A stretch of DNA of 64,000 nt from Nannocystis pusilla. Its GTDB lineage: Bacteria; Myxococcota_A; Polyangia; Nannocystales; Nannocystaceae. The notes beneath the pieces were generated by a model. That model was given only the letters and a program-made list of their open reading frames with translations, was not told the origin of the DNA and did not search any database. The stretch lies in assembly GCF_049337375.1 (NCBI RefSeq), contig NZ_JBMPIV010000001.1; one strand, given 5' to 3'. Positions within the stretch are counted from its first letter, which is position 1. The number at the start of each line of letters is the position of its first letter. Shown here piece after piece: positions 1 to 9,167 of this stretch. The translations under genes and the position numbers were made by a program.

Positions 1-115
1 AGCACCCGCGCGATGGTGTCGATCTCCTCGTGGCTCAGCTCGCCGTCGGTGACGTGGCTGAAGGTGAGGTACACGAAGGCGAGGATGTGCAGGGCGGACG
101 GGTTCTGCGGCTTCA
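1..115 (-). CDS. Partial CDS (N-terminal part only, runs off the window start); TerB-like / DjlA-N-like protein
   Basis: Minus-strand ATG at 115..113. The translation MKPQNPSALHILAFVYLTFSHVTDGELSHEEIDTIARVL resembles a TerB-like helical domain, and codon-position GC bias looks coding. Confidence 0.3.
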
Positions 116-190
116 TCGCCGGCGAGAATACCGCAAGCGAGTTCCGGGGACCGGCCGAGGCCCGTCCCGAGCGGCGCGAAGATGCGCGGC

Positions 191-799
191 TCAGTGGTGG
201 TGATGACCGAACACGTCGCCGCCCTCGTGAGCGCCGGGCGCGAGCTCCATCGGCCGGTTGTTGCTGCGCGCGAACTGCACCGCCTCGCGCAGGCGCTCGA
301 ACAGCTGGCGATGGTTCGGCAGGCCGTACAGGAGCAGGTTCGGATGGGTCTGGTCGGTGCCGATGAGGGTGATCTTGGCGTTGTCGAAGATCCGGTCGAG
401 GACGCTCTGCTCGTAGCGCACGTCGAGCACGCGCCACAGCTCGAGCGAGTCGAGCCGCCGGGTGATGACGCCCTTCTGGAACTCGACCCGCCGGCGCGAG
501 ATCTTGTAGCGCGTGCTGATGTGCTGCAGGTACGACCACAGCAGCATCGGCGTGCCGATCAGGGCGAGCAGCCACAGCGGCTTGCCCCGGAGCGCCTCGA
601 TCTGCAACAGGCCGTAGGCGATGCCGCCGCCGAGGATGCAGACGCCCACCCACCACAGGTAGGTGCCGATGTTGGCGCTGTGCTTGGCGATGCCCTCGAA
701 GAAGAGCTCGTCGGTGGCCTGCGTCGGCGAGGAGCCGAGCGGCGGCTGCGCTTGCGGAGGCACTCCCGGGGGCGAAAGGTTGGCCTGCGGCTCTTGCAT
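191..799 (-). CDS. Bacterial PH-domain (bPH_2 / YdbT-like) membrane protein
   Basis: The ORF-track frame is 191..835. I used the internal ATG at 799 (MQEPQANLS...) because codon 1 is TTG. It has two TM helices followed by a PH-like core (KISRRRVEFQKGVITRRLDSLELWRVLDV). Confidence 0.5.
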   Translation of the reverse strand: MQEPQANLSPPGVPPQAQPPLGSSPTQATDELFFEGIAKHSANIGTYLWWVGVCILGGGIAYGLLQIEALRGKPLWLLALIGTPMLLWSYLQHISTRYKISRRRVEFQKGVITRRLDSLELWRVLDVRYEQSVLDRIFDNAKITLIGTDQTHPNLLLYGLPNHRQLFERLREAVQFARSNNRPMELAPGAHEGGDVFGHHHH

Positions 800-854
800 G
801 CGCCAAGGTTGGCACGACGTCCGGGGCCGGCGCAATCGCCCGCCGTCCGCCCGC

Positions 855-1385
855 TCAGCTGGTCTTCGGGGCAGGTTCGAGGTCGAGCGCCGGGTCGTAC
901 CGGCGCCCGTCGGCCAGCGTGACGGGCGTGGCGGTGTGGGCCACGCCGTGCTCGCGCAGGGTGTCGTCGACGATCTGCGCGACCTGGCCGACCAGGGCGG
1001 TGCAGAAGGCGTGGCGAGCGGGACCGAGGAACTCGCCGTGCGGGCTCGTGAGGTTGTTGCACACGAGGTCGGGGCTGGAGCCGCGATCGAGCTCTGCCTC
1101 GACCCGCGCGAGATAACGGGTCATGGCAGCCCGCAAGCCCGGGGTGACCTTGCCGGTGGGGTCGGGATCGCCGAGGAACTCGCCGAGGAGCAGCTGGCCG
1201 GCCACGACCGCACCGCAGGTGCCCTGGCCGGTGATCCCGCCGCGCCGCAGCGATTGATATGCGGCGGGCGGGCGATCGAAGGCCTCGGCGAGGGCGATCC
1301 CGCAGGAGCGGTGGGCGGTGAGCACGCCCTCGTAAAGGACAAGCGCTTTGCTGCGAATCGGGCCGCGAGGCGTGCTGCCGCTCAT
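855..1385 (-). CDS. C_GCAxxG_C_C family (putative redox-active) protein
   Basis: This is the C-terminal in-frame segment of the long 855..2558 minus ORF, starting at MSGSTPRG (ATG at 1385). It carries a GQGTCGAVVAG motif. The upstream part of that long ORF is antisense to the M20 gene and is not coding. Confidence 0.5.
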   Translation of the reverse strand: MSGSTPRGPIRSKALVLYEGVLTAHRSCGIALAEAFDRPPAAYQSLRRGGITGQGTCGAVVAGQLLLGEFLGDPDPTGKVTPGLRAAMTRYLARVEAELDRGSSPDLVCNNLTSPHGEFLGPARHAFCTALVGQVAQIVDDTLREHGVAHTATPVTLADGRRYDPALDLEPAPKTS

Positions 1386-1460
1386 GGACCCCAGGATGCG
1401 CGCGAGCCCGCAGACGGGCAAGCGGTCGCGTCGGCGCGGAGGATGGTCTAGCTTGCCGAC

Positions 1461-2648
1461 ATGTCCTGGACCGACCCGCGCGCCGAGATCGAGGCGCTCA
1501 CCGAGCGCTTGCGAGAGATCCGCCACGACCTCCATCGCCACCCGGAGCTGGGCTTCGAAGAGGTGCGCACGCAGGCGCTGGTCCGCGCGTGGCTCGAGGA
1601 GCGCGGATACCAGCCGCGCAATTGCGCAGAGACGGGGCTGGTGGCCGACCTGCACCCGCACGCGAGCGGGCCGACGATCGCGCTGCGGGCCGACCTCGAC
1701 TGCCTGCCGATGCACGAGAGCACCGACCTGCCGTATCGCTCGATCCACGCCGGGCGCGCGCACAAGTGCGGCCACGACGGTCACACCGCGATCCTGCTCG
1801 GGGTCGCCGACATCCTCGCGCGCCACCGCGAGTCGGTGCGCGGGGGCAACGTCCGCCTGGTCTTTCAGCCAGCCGAGGAGGGGGTCCGGGGCGGCGGCGC
1901 GAAGGTGATGGTGGACGCGGGCGCGCTGGCCGGCGTGCGCGAGATCTACGGGCTGCACAACTGGCCGGCGTACCCGAAAGGCGAGCTGCGCGTGCAGGTC
2001 GGGCCGATGCTGGCGCAGGTCCACATGCTTGCGATCACGGTCCGCGGCAAGGGCGGGCACGGCAGCCAGCCGCAATTGTGTCGCGATCCGATCGTCGCCG
2101 GGGCTCACCTCGTGACGGCGCTGCAGACCGTGGTGTCGCGCGGGCTCGGCTATGTCGGGGGGGCGGTGGTGTCCATCACGCAATTCACGGCGGGCACGAC
2201 GCACAACGTGATCCCCGACGTCGCGCACATGAAGGGCACGATCCGCACGTTCGACCCGAGCACCACCGAGCGGGTGCTGGAGCGCGTGCGCGAGGTGGTG
2301 AGCGGCACCGCGGCGACGTTCGCGGTCGACATCGACCTGCAGATCGAGGTCGGCTACCCGGTGACGATGAACGACGCGACCTGCGTGGACGCGGTGGTCC
2401 GCGTCGGCGCCGCCGTGCTCGGCCGCGAACGGGTGTCGAACGCGGGCCTGCCGCTCGCGGGCGGCGAAGACTTCGCTTACTTCGCGCAAGCGGTGCCGGC
2501 GGCTTACTTCTTCCTCGGGGCCCGCCGCGGCGACGAGGACACGCCGGTCTGCCACCACCCCGACTTCGACTTCGACGACGACCTCATCCCGACCGGCGTG
2601 GCGATGTTCCTCGGGATCGTCCGCGACCGCCTGGCCGCGCTGCCATGA
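1461..2648 (+). CDS. M20 family amidohydrolase (hippurate hydrolase / N-acyl-amino-acid amidohydrolase-like)
   Basis: Full-length match to peptidase M20D. His/Asp/Glu metal ligands are present (HKCGHDGH, EE), with a C-terminal dimerisation region. Confidence 0.85.
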   Translation: MSWTDPRAEIEALTERLREIRHDLHRHPELGFEEVRTQALVRAWLEERGYQPRNCAETGLVADLHPHASGPTIALRADLDCLPMHESTDLPYRSIHAGRAHKCGHDGHTAILLGVADILARHRESVRGGNVRLVFQPAEEGVRGGGAKVMVDAGALAGVREIYGLHNWPAYPKGELRVQVGPMLAQVHMLAITVRGKGGHGSQPQLCRDPIVAGAHLVTALQTVVSRGLGYVGGAVVSITQFTAGTTHNVIPDVAHMKGTIRTFDPSTTERVLERVREVVSGTAATFAVDIDLQIEVGYPVTMNDATCVDAVVRVGAAVLGRERVSNAGLPLAGGEDFAYFAQAVPAAYFFLGARRGDEDTPVCHHPDFDFDDDLIPTGVAMFLGIVRDRLAALP

Positions 2649-3460
2649 CGGGGCGCCCGATCGCCATCGTGACGGGGGCCTCGGCGGGGCTCGGCGAGAC
2701 GTTCGCGCGGGCGATCGCCGCGCACCCGGCGTTCGCCGACCTGGCGCAGATCTGGCTCGTCGCGCGCCGCGAGCAGCGCCTGCACGCGATCGCGCGCGAG
2801 CTGCCGCGCGGGCTCGGGGTGCCGATCACGGCCGATCTGGCGACGCCGGCCGGGACCGAGGCCGTGCTCGCGCGCGTGCGAGACGAACGACCTGCCGTGC
2901 GCCTGTTCGTGGCGAGCGCCGGCGTCGGGTACCTCGGGCCATTCGCCGACCAGGACGCCGAATCGCTGGCGCGCATGCTCGACCTGAACATTCGCGCACT
3001 TTCCTTGCTGACACACGGGATTTTGCCCTGGATGCCCCGCGGCTCGCAGCTGGTGCTGGTCGCATCTGCGGCGGGGTATGTGCCTTCGCCCTATTTCGCG
3101 GCCTATGCAGCGAGCAAGAGCTTCGTGATCTCTCTGGCGTATGCGCTGCGCGAGGAGCTGCGGCCGCGTGGGATCGAGGTGTGCGCAGTGTGTCCAGGGC
3201 CGGTGGCGACCGAGTTCTTCGCGCTCGCCGGCGTGCGTGGGCCGATCTCCGAGGCCGCGACGCCGGAGCGGGTGGTGGCCCTAGCGCTGCGCGACGCGCT
3301 GGCCGGACGGGCCGTATCGCACGACGGCGTGGCCTCGGCTCTGGTGGCGCTGCTCGCCCGCGCGTTGCCGCGGCGGACGCTCGCCTGGCTCGCCGGTCGT
3401 CGCAATGTGCGACGTTCTCCCGCCACTGGTGCCACTCGCGGCGGACGCGAAGGCGCGTAA
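2645..3460 (+). CDS. Short-chain dehydrogenase/reductase (SDR) family oxidoreductase
   Basis: TGASAGLG Rossmann motif and a Y-x3-K catalytic pair (YAASK). The ATG overlaps the stop of the preceding gene (ATGA). Confidence 0.8.
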   Translation: MTGRPIAIVTGASAGLGETFARAIAAHPAFADLAQIWLVARREQRLHAIARELPRGLGVPITADLATPAGTEAVLARVRDERPAVRLFVASAGVGYLGPFADQDAESLARMLDLNIRALSLLTHGILPWMPRGSQLVLVASAAGYVPSPYFAAYAASKSFVISLAYALREELRPRGIEVCAVCPGPVATEFFALAGVRGPISEAATPERVVALALRDALAGRAVSHDGVASALVALLARALPRRTLAWLAGRRNVRRSPATGATRGGREGA

Positions 3461-3578
3461 AATCCGGGGGTCGGGCGAGAAAGCGAGCGGGCGAAATCCC
3501 CAGGATTGCCAAGCGCGAGGGCCCGTGCAAAAACCATAACCCCACGGCCCTTCAGCCTGGCAAATCCCTGGCTTTCCC

Positions 3579-4928
3579 ATGTCTTCTCTTCCCCAACTCG
3601 ACGCGATCGCGACCCTGCTGAACCAGGGCGCCGCGGATTCGGCGGTCCGCTTGTTGCGAAGCTGTTGGGAGCCCGATCTCCCGCCCGACGACCTCGTGCG
3701 GATGTACTGCATGTGGGTCCGCGGGTTGTGTGAGACCGGTGAACTCGACCACGCGCTGACGCTGGCCCGCAGGGCCGCGAACGAATTCCCGCGCGAACCC
3801 GACGTCCTGATCGCGCTCGGCAACGTGCAGGATCTGGTCGGCGACCTCGAGAAGGCCCGCGAGGCGTTCGAATCGGCGATCGATCACGACCCGGGCGGCG
3901 GCCTGCAGCACTACAACCTCGGCGCGGTGCTCGAGCGACTCGGGCGCGAGATGGACGCGGAGGTCTGTTATCGCCGAGCCAACGAGTGCGACCCGCATGG
4001 CGGGATGTACGAGGCGATCGCGGCGCTCGGGGCGTTGCTGCGGCGCCAGGGTCGGCTCGAAGAGGCCGAACAGATCTACGACCTCTACCTCAGCGACGAC
4101 TCGATCAACGTCGAGATCCTGGTCGAGCACGGCATCTGTCTGTCCGACCTCGACCGCCTCGACGAGGCGATCGATCGCTTCGACTTCGCGCTGAGCCTCG
4201 ACCCCGAGAACGCGGGGGCGCAGTACAACAAGGCGATCACGCTCTATCGCCTCGGTCGCTACGAGCAAGCCCTGGGCGCGCTCGAGCGGGCCCGCCAGCT
4301 CGACAAGGGCAACGCGCTCACGCTCGCGGTGCTCGGCGGCTGGCGCCTGTCGGCCGCCGATTGCGACCTCGACGAGGCGCTCGGCCTGCTCTACGGCGCG
4401 CTCGATCTGCTCGAGCGGCGCTACGCCCAGGACCCCGGGCAGCTCGGCTACTGCAGCCTGGTCGCGGAGGAGATCTTCGAAGCGCTGTGGCAGAACGGCC
4501 GCCAGGGCGAGGCCCGCGAGGTCGCGCGGCTGGCCGGCCAGCGCGAGTGGATCACGCCGCACATCCTCGACTGTCTCAACGAGGCCGACCACGGGCGCTC
4601 GCCGCAGGTCAGCATGTACACGGTGGTCGCTCGCGCGGAGGCCGGCGAGCGGCCCGAGCACTGGCCCGAGAACACCGACGGCTACACCACCGGTTTGACC
4701 GTGCTGGCCACCGACGAGAACGAGGCGCGCGAGTTCTGCCTGCAGTATCTGCGGTCGATCGAGCCGTCGCCCGACATCCGCTTCACCCTCGACGTGGTGC
4801 CGCCGCAGTCACCGAGCGACCCGAGCCCGTCGCTCGAGATGATGGCCGAGCTGCGCGGCGCGATGCAGCCGCGGCCGCGCGGCGTCGCGCGAGTCCACGG
4901 CCAGCGGGCTTATACGTTCCGCACCTGA
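3579..4928 (+). CDS. Tetratricopeptide (TPR) repeat protein
   Basis: Multiple TPR-like A/Y/L repeat units (e.g. AQYNKAITLYRLGRYEQALGALERARQLD) and no enzymatic domain. Confidence 0.7.
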   Translation: MSSLPQLDAIATLLNQGAADSAVRLLRSCWEPDLPPDDLVRMYCMWVRGLCETGELDHALTLARRAANEFPREPDVLIALGNVQDLVGDLEKAREAFESAIDHDPGGGLQHYNLGAVLERLGREMDAEVCYRRANECDPHGGMYEAIAALGALLRRQGRLEEAEQIYDLYLSDDSINVEILVEHGICLSDLDRLDEAIDRFDFALSLDPENAGAQYNKAITLYRLGRYEQALGALERARQLDKGNALTLAVLGGWRLSAADCDLDEALGLLYGALDLLERRYAQDPGQLGYCSLVAEEIFEALWQNGRQGEAREVARLAGQREWITPHILDCLNEADHGRSPQVSMYTVVARAEAGERPEHWPENTDGYTTGLTVLATDENEAREFCLQYLRSIEPSPDIRFTLDVVPPQSPSDPSPSLEMMAELRGAMQPRPRGVARVHGQRAYTFRT

Positions 4929-4944
4929 TCGCCGCCGATCGGGG

Positions 4945-4962
4945 CGCTGCAACGTGTTGCAG
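4945..4962. terminator. 8-2-8 perfect hairpin GCTGCAACgtGTTGCAGC, 17 nt after the TPR gene stop
   Basis: Perfect inverted repeat read directly from the sequence. There is no U-tract, but terminators in high-GC genomes are often tract-poor. Confidence 0.35.
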
Positions 4963-5071
4963 CGGCCGAACGTGGCCTCGGAGCCGCAATGGCCAGTCCC
5001 TGGCGGGTCGCGCAGGCGTGTGCGACCCTGCCGTGGTCGACTGTTTTGACTTGCGAGATCGGAGACCGGTG

Positions 5072-6877
5072 ATGCGAACTTCCCTGTTGTTGTGTGCGGC
5101 GCTGGGCGCGGCGTGGATGCTGGCGATCCCGCAGACGGCCGAGGCGTGCGGCGGCGTGTTCTGCGACGGCGGCCTGCCGAACGCGATGCCCGTCAATCAG
5201 GACGGCGAGAACGTGCTCTTCGTCCTCAATCAGGACGAGGTCGAGGTTCACATCCAGATCAGCATCGATCCCAACACCAACGCGCAGAAGTTCGCGTGGC
5301 TGATCCCGATCGCCCAGATCCCCGAGTTCGAGGTCGGCTCGCAGCCGCTATTCGACGCGCTGCTGAACTCGTCGGTGCCGACGTACCAGCTGCAGCAGAC
5401 GTTCGAAGTGTGCGGCGAGGACGGCATCTCCGGCGGGATCACGACCAACGCGACGGGCACCGGCGCCCCCGGTGACTCGGCCGGCGGCAGCACCAGCGGC
5501 GACGACACCGACGGCGGCGAGAACCCGGTGGTGTTCAAGACCACCGCGGGCGCGTTCGAGATCGTGGTGCTGCAAGATCAGACGATCGAGCCGATCAAGC
5601 AGTGGCTGATCGACAACGACTACCAGTGGATCGACGGCTCGGAGATGGTGCTGCAGCAGTACCTCGACGAGGGCAACGTGATCGTCGCGCTCAAGCTGGC
5701 GGCCGGGTCGGACGGCGGCGACGTGCACCCGATCGTGCTGCGCTACCCGTCGAACGAGAACTGCTTCCCGCTGCGGCTGACGCGGTTCGCGTCGATCGAG
5801 AACATGGACATCCGCGTGTTCGTGCTCGGCAACAACCGGGCGGCGCCGACCAACTACCGCCACGTCCTCGTCAACCCGCTGAAGATCGACTGGCTGCAGT
5901 TCGCGGCGAACTACAAGGACGTCATCACCAAGGCGGTCGACGACCTCGAGGCCGAGGGCCTGGCGTTCGTGACCGAGTACGCCGGGCCGTCGAGCGTGGT
6001 CCAGCCGTTCGCGTTCAACTTCTACAGCACGTCGTGGAACGAGTCGGCGTTCGTCGGCCTGCCGCCCGAACAGGTCGTAAGCACGCTCAACGACCAGGGC
6101 CTGGCGAACTGCTTCGGCGCCGACTTCTGCTTCTACAACCACCCGCTGGTCGAGAGCCTTCTCAACGACTTCCTGCCGGTGCCCGACGGCCTGTCGGCGG
6201 AGGAGTTCTACGCCAACCTTCCGGCCTACGCCGACCAGATCGACGCGATGGCGTGGGGCGACGGCAGCGCGTTCGCGCAGGCGCTCGACAGCCGGATCAT
6301 CGCGCCGGGCGAGCACGCGCAGGAGCTGATCGACAGCTACACGTACCTGACGCGCATGTACACGGTCATCTCGCCCAACGAGATGATCGCGGACCCGATC
6401 TTCCACATCAACCCGGACCTGCCGGAGGTGCCGAGCTTCCGCTCGGCCACCGAGTACAACCTGTGCGACGGCAACAGCGTGGTCACGCTGCCCGACGAGC
6501 GCGAGATCTTCGTGCCCAACGGCGGGCCGTGGCCGGACTTCATCGGCGAGATGTGGTGGGCCGAGGAGGTCCAGCAGGTCGCCCTCAAGGGCAAGCCGAT
6601 GCACCTCATCAACAACACGGCCGCGATCAACAAGAAGATCGAGGAGTGGAACCTGGCCCACGGCTGGCCCCGCTTCCCCGAGGGCGCGCCGACCACCAGC
6701 GCGAGCGACACCGACACCGACAGCTCGGGCAGCAGTGACAGCGGGCCCGACTCTGCCACCGGCGGCGGCCAGGACGACGCCAGCGGCTGCGGCTGCCGCA
6801 GCGACGGCGGGCCGGGCGGGAGCCTGCTGGCGCTCGCGGGGCTCGGGCTGCTGGCGGGCCGGCGACGCCGTCGCTGA
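5072..6877 (+). CDS. DUF2330-like secreted protein with a MYXO-CTERM sorting tail
   Basis: SD GGAGA lies 7 nt upstream of ATG 5072. There is a signal peptide and a CGGVFCDGG motif typical of DUF2330. The C-terminus GCGCRSDGGPGGSLLALAGLGLLAGRRRRR is a MYXO-CTERM tail (Cys-rich, GG, hydrophobic helix, basic end). The ORF-track entry 3986..6877 is an artefactual N-terminal extension. Confidence 0.75.
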   Translation: MRTSLLLCAALGAAWMLAIPQTAEACGGVFCDGGLPNAMPVNQDGENVLFVLNQDEVEVHIQISIDPNTNAQKFAWLIPIAQIPEFEVGSQPLFDALLNSSVPTYQLQQTFEVCGEDGISGGITTNATGTGAPGDSAGGSTSGDDTDGGENPVVFKTTAGAFEIVVLQDQTIEPIKQWLIDNDYQWIDGSEMVLQQYLDEGNVIVALKLAAGSDGGDVHPIVLRYPSNENCFPLRLTRFASIENMDIRVFVLGNNRAAPTNYRHVLVNPLKIDWLQFAANYKDVITKAVDDLEAEGLAFVTEYAGPSSVVQPFAFNFYSTSWNESAFVGLPPEQVVSTLNDQGLANCFGADFCFYNHPLVESLLNDFLPVPDGLSAEEFYANLPAYADQIDAMAWGDGSAFAQALDSRIIAPGEHAQELIDSYTYLTRMYTVISPNEMIADPIFHINPDLPEVPSFRSATEYNLCDGNSVVTLPDEREIFVPNGGPWPDFIGEMWWAEEVQQVALKGKPMHLINNTAAINKKIEEWNLAHGWPRFPEGAPTTSASDTDTDSSGSSDSGPDSATGGGQDDASGCGCRSDGGPGGSLLALAGLGLLAGRRRRR

Positions 6878-6904
6878 GGCGACGGCGTCGGCCTGGCGAT
6901 GCGC

Positions 6905-6985
6905 CGAAGGGCATGTCCTCGCGGACATGCCCTGGCAACCATGGTCTGAAGGACATGTCCCTGCGGACATGCCCAAGGAGACAGC
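6905..6985. repeat. 14-bp-period palindromic tandem repeat (about 6 units) between the DUF2330 gene and the next gene
   Basis: ggcatgtcctcgcg / gacatgccctggca / accatggtctgaag / gacatgtccctgcg / gacatgcccaagga, read directly from the sequence. Confidence 0.85.
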
Positions 6986-6986
6986 C

Positions 6987-7808
6987 TCAGCCGATCGGGG
7001 CGTTGGCGATCCGGTGGACCAGCCAGAACAGGTTGGGGCCGTGGCGGTCGGGCAGCTCGCGCTTGACCGCGCGGAGGCTGTCGCACAGCTGCTCGAGGCC
7101 GCGGTCGAGGACGACGGCGCGGCGGGCTTCGAGGCGCTGGCCGACGCCGATCGGCTGCCAGCTGGTGCCCCACGGGATCGACCAGGTCAGCACGCGGTCG
7201 CCCGGGCGCAGGGCCTGCGACAGGTTGCTGTCGGTGAGGGTGACGGGCTCGTCGCGCAGCAGGTCCTTGCCGCGCACGCGCTGCTTGCCGGGGTTCACGT
7301 CGTCGACGGCGACCAGCAGGAGGCGCGCCTGCAGGCAGGCGTCGAGGGCGGCGCGCTGGCGGCCCTCGAGCGGCACGCCGGCGCTGGTGAACATGTCGAC
7401 CAGGCGGACGCCCTTGGGGTCGCGGTAGCCGTACAGGCAGAACGTCTGGGCGGCGCGGCGCAGGTCGGCGTTGTTCTTCTCGGCCGGGGTGGCGCCGCCG
7501 AAGAAGCCGTTCATCACCTGGGTGACGAACGGACCGAAGCGCCGGGTGGCGAAGCTGCCCAGCATCGACTCGACCCGCTCGAAGTCGGCGCGCTCGTAGC
7601 GGCCGAACTTGGGGGTGAGCGGTCGCTCGTTCGTCAGCGCCGCCACGGGGGCAGGGTTGCGCGCGCGGGCGGCCTCCTGGGCCTGCGCGATCTCCTGCTC
7701 GGCGGTGAGGAACGGGCCGGTGCCGCGACGCTTGCGGCGGGAGTCCGAGCGGGGCGTCGACGCGGCGGGCGGGGCTACGGTGCCGGGTTGTTCGGGTGTG
7801 TCGGTCAT
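6987..7808 (-). CDS. Hypothetical protein (no family recognised)
   Basis: Internal ATG at MTDTPEQ (7808). The ORF-track N-terminal extension is Arg-rich noise. The gene overlaps the upstream gene by 4 nt, which suggests an operon. Confidence 0.5.
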   Translation of the reverse strand: MTDTPEQPGTVAPPAASTPRSDSRRKRRGTGPFLTAEQEIAQAQEAARARNPAPVAALTNERPLTPKFGRYERADFERVESMLGSFATRRFGPFVTQVMNGFFGGATPAEKNNADLRRAAQTFCLYGYRDPKGVRLVDMFTSAGVPLEGRQRAALDACLQARLLLVAVDDVNPGKQRVRGKDLLRDEPVTLTDSNLSQALRPGDRVLTWSIPWGTSWQPIGVGQRLEARRAVVLDRGLEQLCDSLRAVKRELPDRHGPNLFWLVHRIANAPIG

Positions 7809-9157
7809 GGGTCCGTCATTTCGGCGCACGCGCCGTCGAAGGCGATCCGCGGCAGTTCGATGGCCAGGCTCGCGTTCGGGGCGGCCGGCGTCGGGTCGTC
7901 GCCGTTGCCGTAGCACGGCTCGTCGGAGCCGGCGGCGTACGCCTCGATGCGCAGGTACAGCTCCTCGTGGGCCATCGGCGCGTCGTCCCACACCAGCGGC
8001 TCGATGTCGCGGATCTTGCCGAGCTCGGCGCAGGGGACGGTGGCGACGCCGTCGAGCACGATCGGCGGGTTCTGGCCGTCACGCAGCGCGGCCGTCGGGA
8101 CGACCTGCAGATCGGCGTCGAGGACGGTGATCCGCGCGCGGTCGATCACGAGGCCCGGCTCCGGCGTGCACGTCGTGAAGGGCAGCTCGTCGGGGCCGCT
8201 GAGGAGCGCCAGCGAGAACGAGAAGCCGGCCTCGATCGGCGCGAGGAAGCTGGCGATCGTGAAGTCGGCGAGCAGGTCGACGCTCTGGAAGCCCTCCGGC
8301 GCCAGCGTGAAGGACGTGACGTCGGCGTCGAGGGCGGGCACTGCGAGCGGCTTGCCGTTCGCGCCGAGGCCGGCGACCGACAGGGTGTAGTCGCCGGGAT
8401 CGAGCGACTGGGTGAAGGTCTGGGCGGTGGTGGTGCAGGGGAAGCGGAGCTTCGTGGCCGTCGGCCCGTCGATCGCCACCTCGACGTCGGTGAGCCCGAG
8501 GCCGCCGCAGGAGGCGCTCGGGTTGCCGCTCATGAGCTCCGGACGGACGACGAGCTGGGCGCCGGCGCTGTCGCCGATCTCGAGGCCGGCGCGGTCGCCC
8601 GCGCAGGACGGGTCGGCGAGGTCGGTGTAACCGTCGCGGTCGTTGTCGATGCCGTCGCTGCACTGCGGCGCGCCGACGATGACGACGTCGAGCGGCTTGC
8701 CCTCGCCGGCCGCGCTGATCACGACGTCCTGGGCGGTCGAGGCGAGCACCTTCTTGCAGGAGGTGTCGACCTCGCTGCCGTCGGTGTCGACGACGCTGGT
8801 GGGCTCGTCGGCGCAGAACTGGACGTCGCGCCGGCCGAGCGCGGTGACGGTGACGCTGTACGTGCCGGCGCCGACCTCCGGCCCCGGCGCGCGGGCGTCA
8901 GGGTTTTCGAAGCCGGCGGGGAAGCACGGGAACTCGCGCTCGTCGAGCAGAGCGTTGCCGCCGTCGCGGGTGCTGACGCGGATCCGGCTGATGCCGAGCT
9001 CCGTGCACTGATCGACCGAGACGAGCTCGGCGGCCTCGCTGACCTCGACCTGGTCGAGGGGCTGCAGGCGCCAGCGGACCGCGAAGCTGGGGTCCTCCGC
9101 GCAGCCGGCCGCGGCGACGGTCGCGAGCGCGAGGGGGGCGAGGCGGGCGCGGAGCAT
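7805..9157 (-). CDS. Secreted lipoprotein with a MopE-like Cys/Asp metal-binding motif
   Basis: ATG at 9157 (MLRARLAPLALATVAAAGC lipobox). It contains CSDGIDNDRDGYTDLADPSC, resembling the MopE-type repeat (C-x-DG-x-DND-x-DG), and many paired cysteines. Confidence 0.6.
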   Translation of the reverse strand: MLRARLAPLALATVAAAGCAEDPSFAVRWRLQPLDQVEVSEAAELVSVDQCTELGISRIRVSTRDGGNALLDEREFPCFPAGFENPDARAPGPEVGAGTYSVTVTALGRRDVQFCADEPTSVVDTDGSEVDTSCKKVLASTAQDVVISAAGEGKPLDVVIVGAPQCSDGIDNDRDGYTDLADPSCAGDRAGLEIGDSAGAQLVVRPELMSGNPSASCGGLGLTDVEVAIDGPTATKLRFPCTTTAQTFTQSLDPGDYTLSVAGLGANGKPLAVPALDADVTSFTLAPEGFQSVDLLADFTIASFLAPIEAGFSFSLALLSGPDELPFTTCTPEPGLVIDRARITVLDADLQVVPTAALRDGQNPPIVLDGVATVPCAELGKIRDIEPLVWDDAPMAHEELYLRIEAYAAGSDEPCYGNGDDPTPAAPNASLAIELPRIAFDGACAEMTDP

Positions 9158-9167
9158 CAGGGCCGGT

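Noticed and set aside
855-2558. Very long minus-strand ORFs with Arg/Ala/Pro-rich translations. Examples are 855..2558, 9168..12290 (upstream part), 3552..4661, 5348..6976, 22184..25468(+), 28551..31808(+), 31997..34177, 34858..36885, 43021..44708 and 45966..47891.
   Set aside because: They are antisense or off-frame to genes with clear family matches on the other strand. Their composition is the typical artefact of very GC-rich DNA, with few stop codons in any frame and R/A/P/G-dominated translations. Only the in-frame C-terminal segments with their own signal peptides or motifs were kept (855-1385, 9168-9926).
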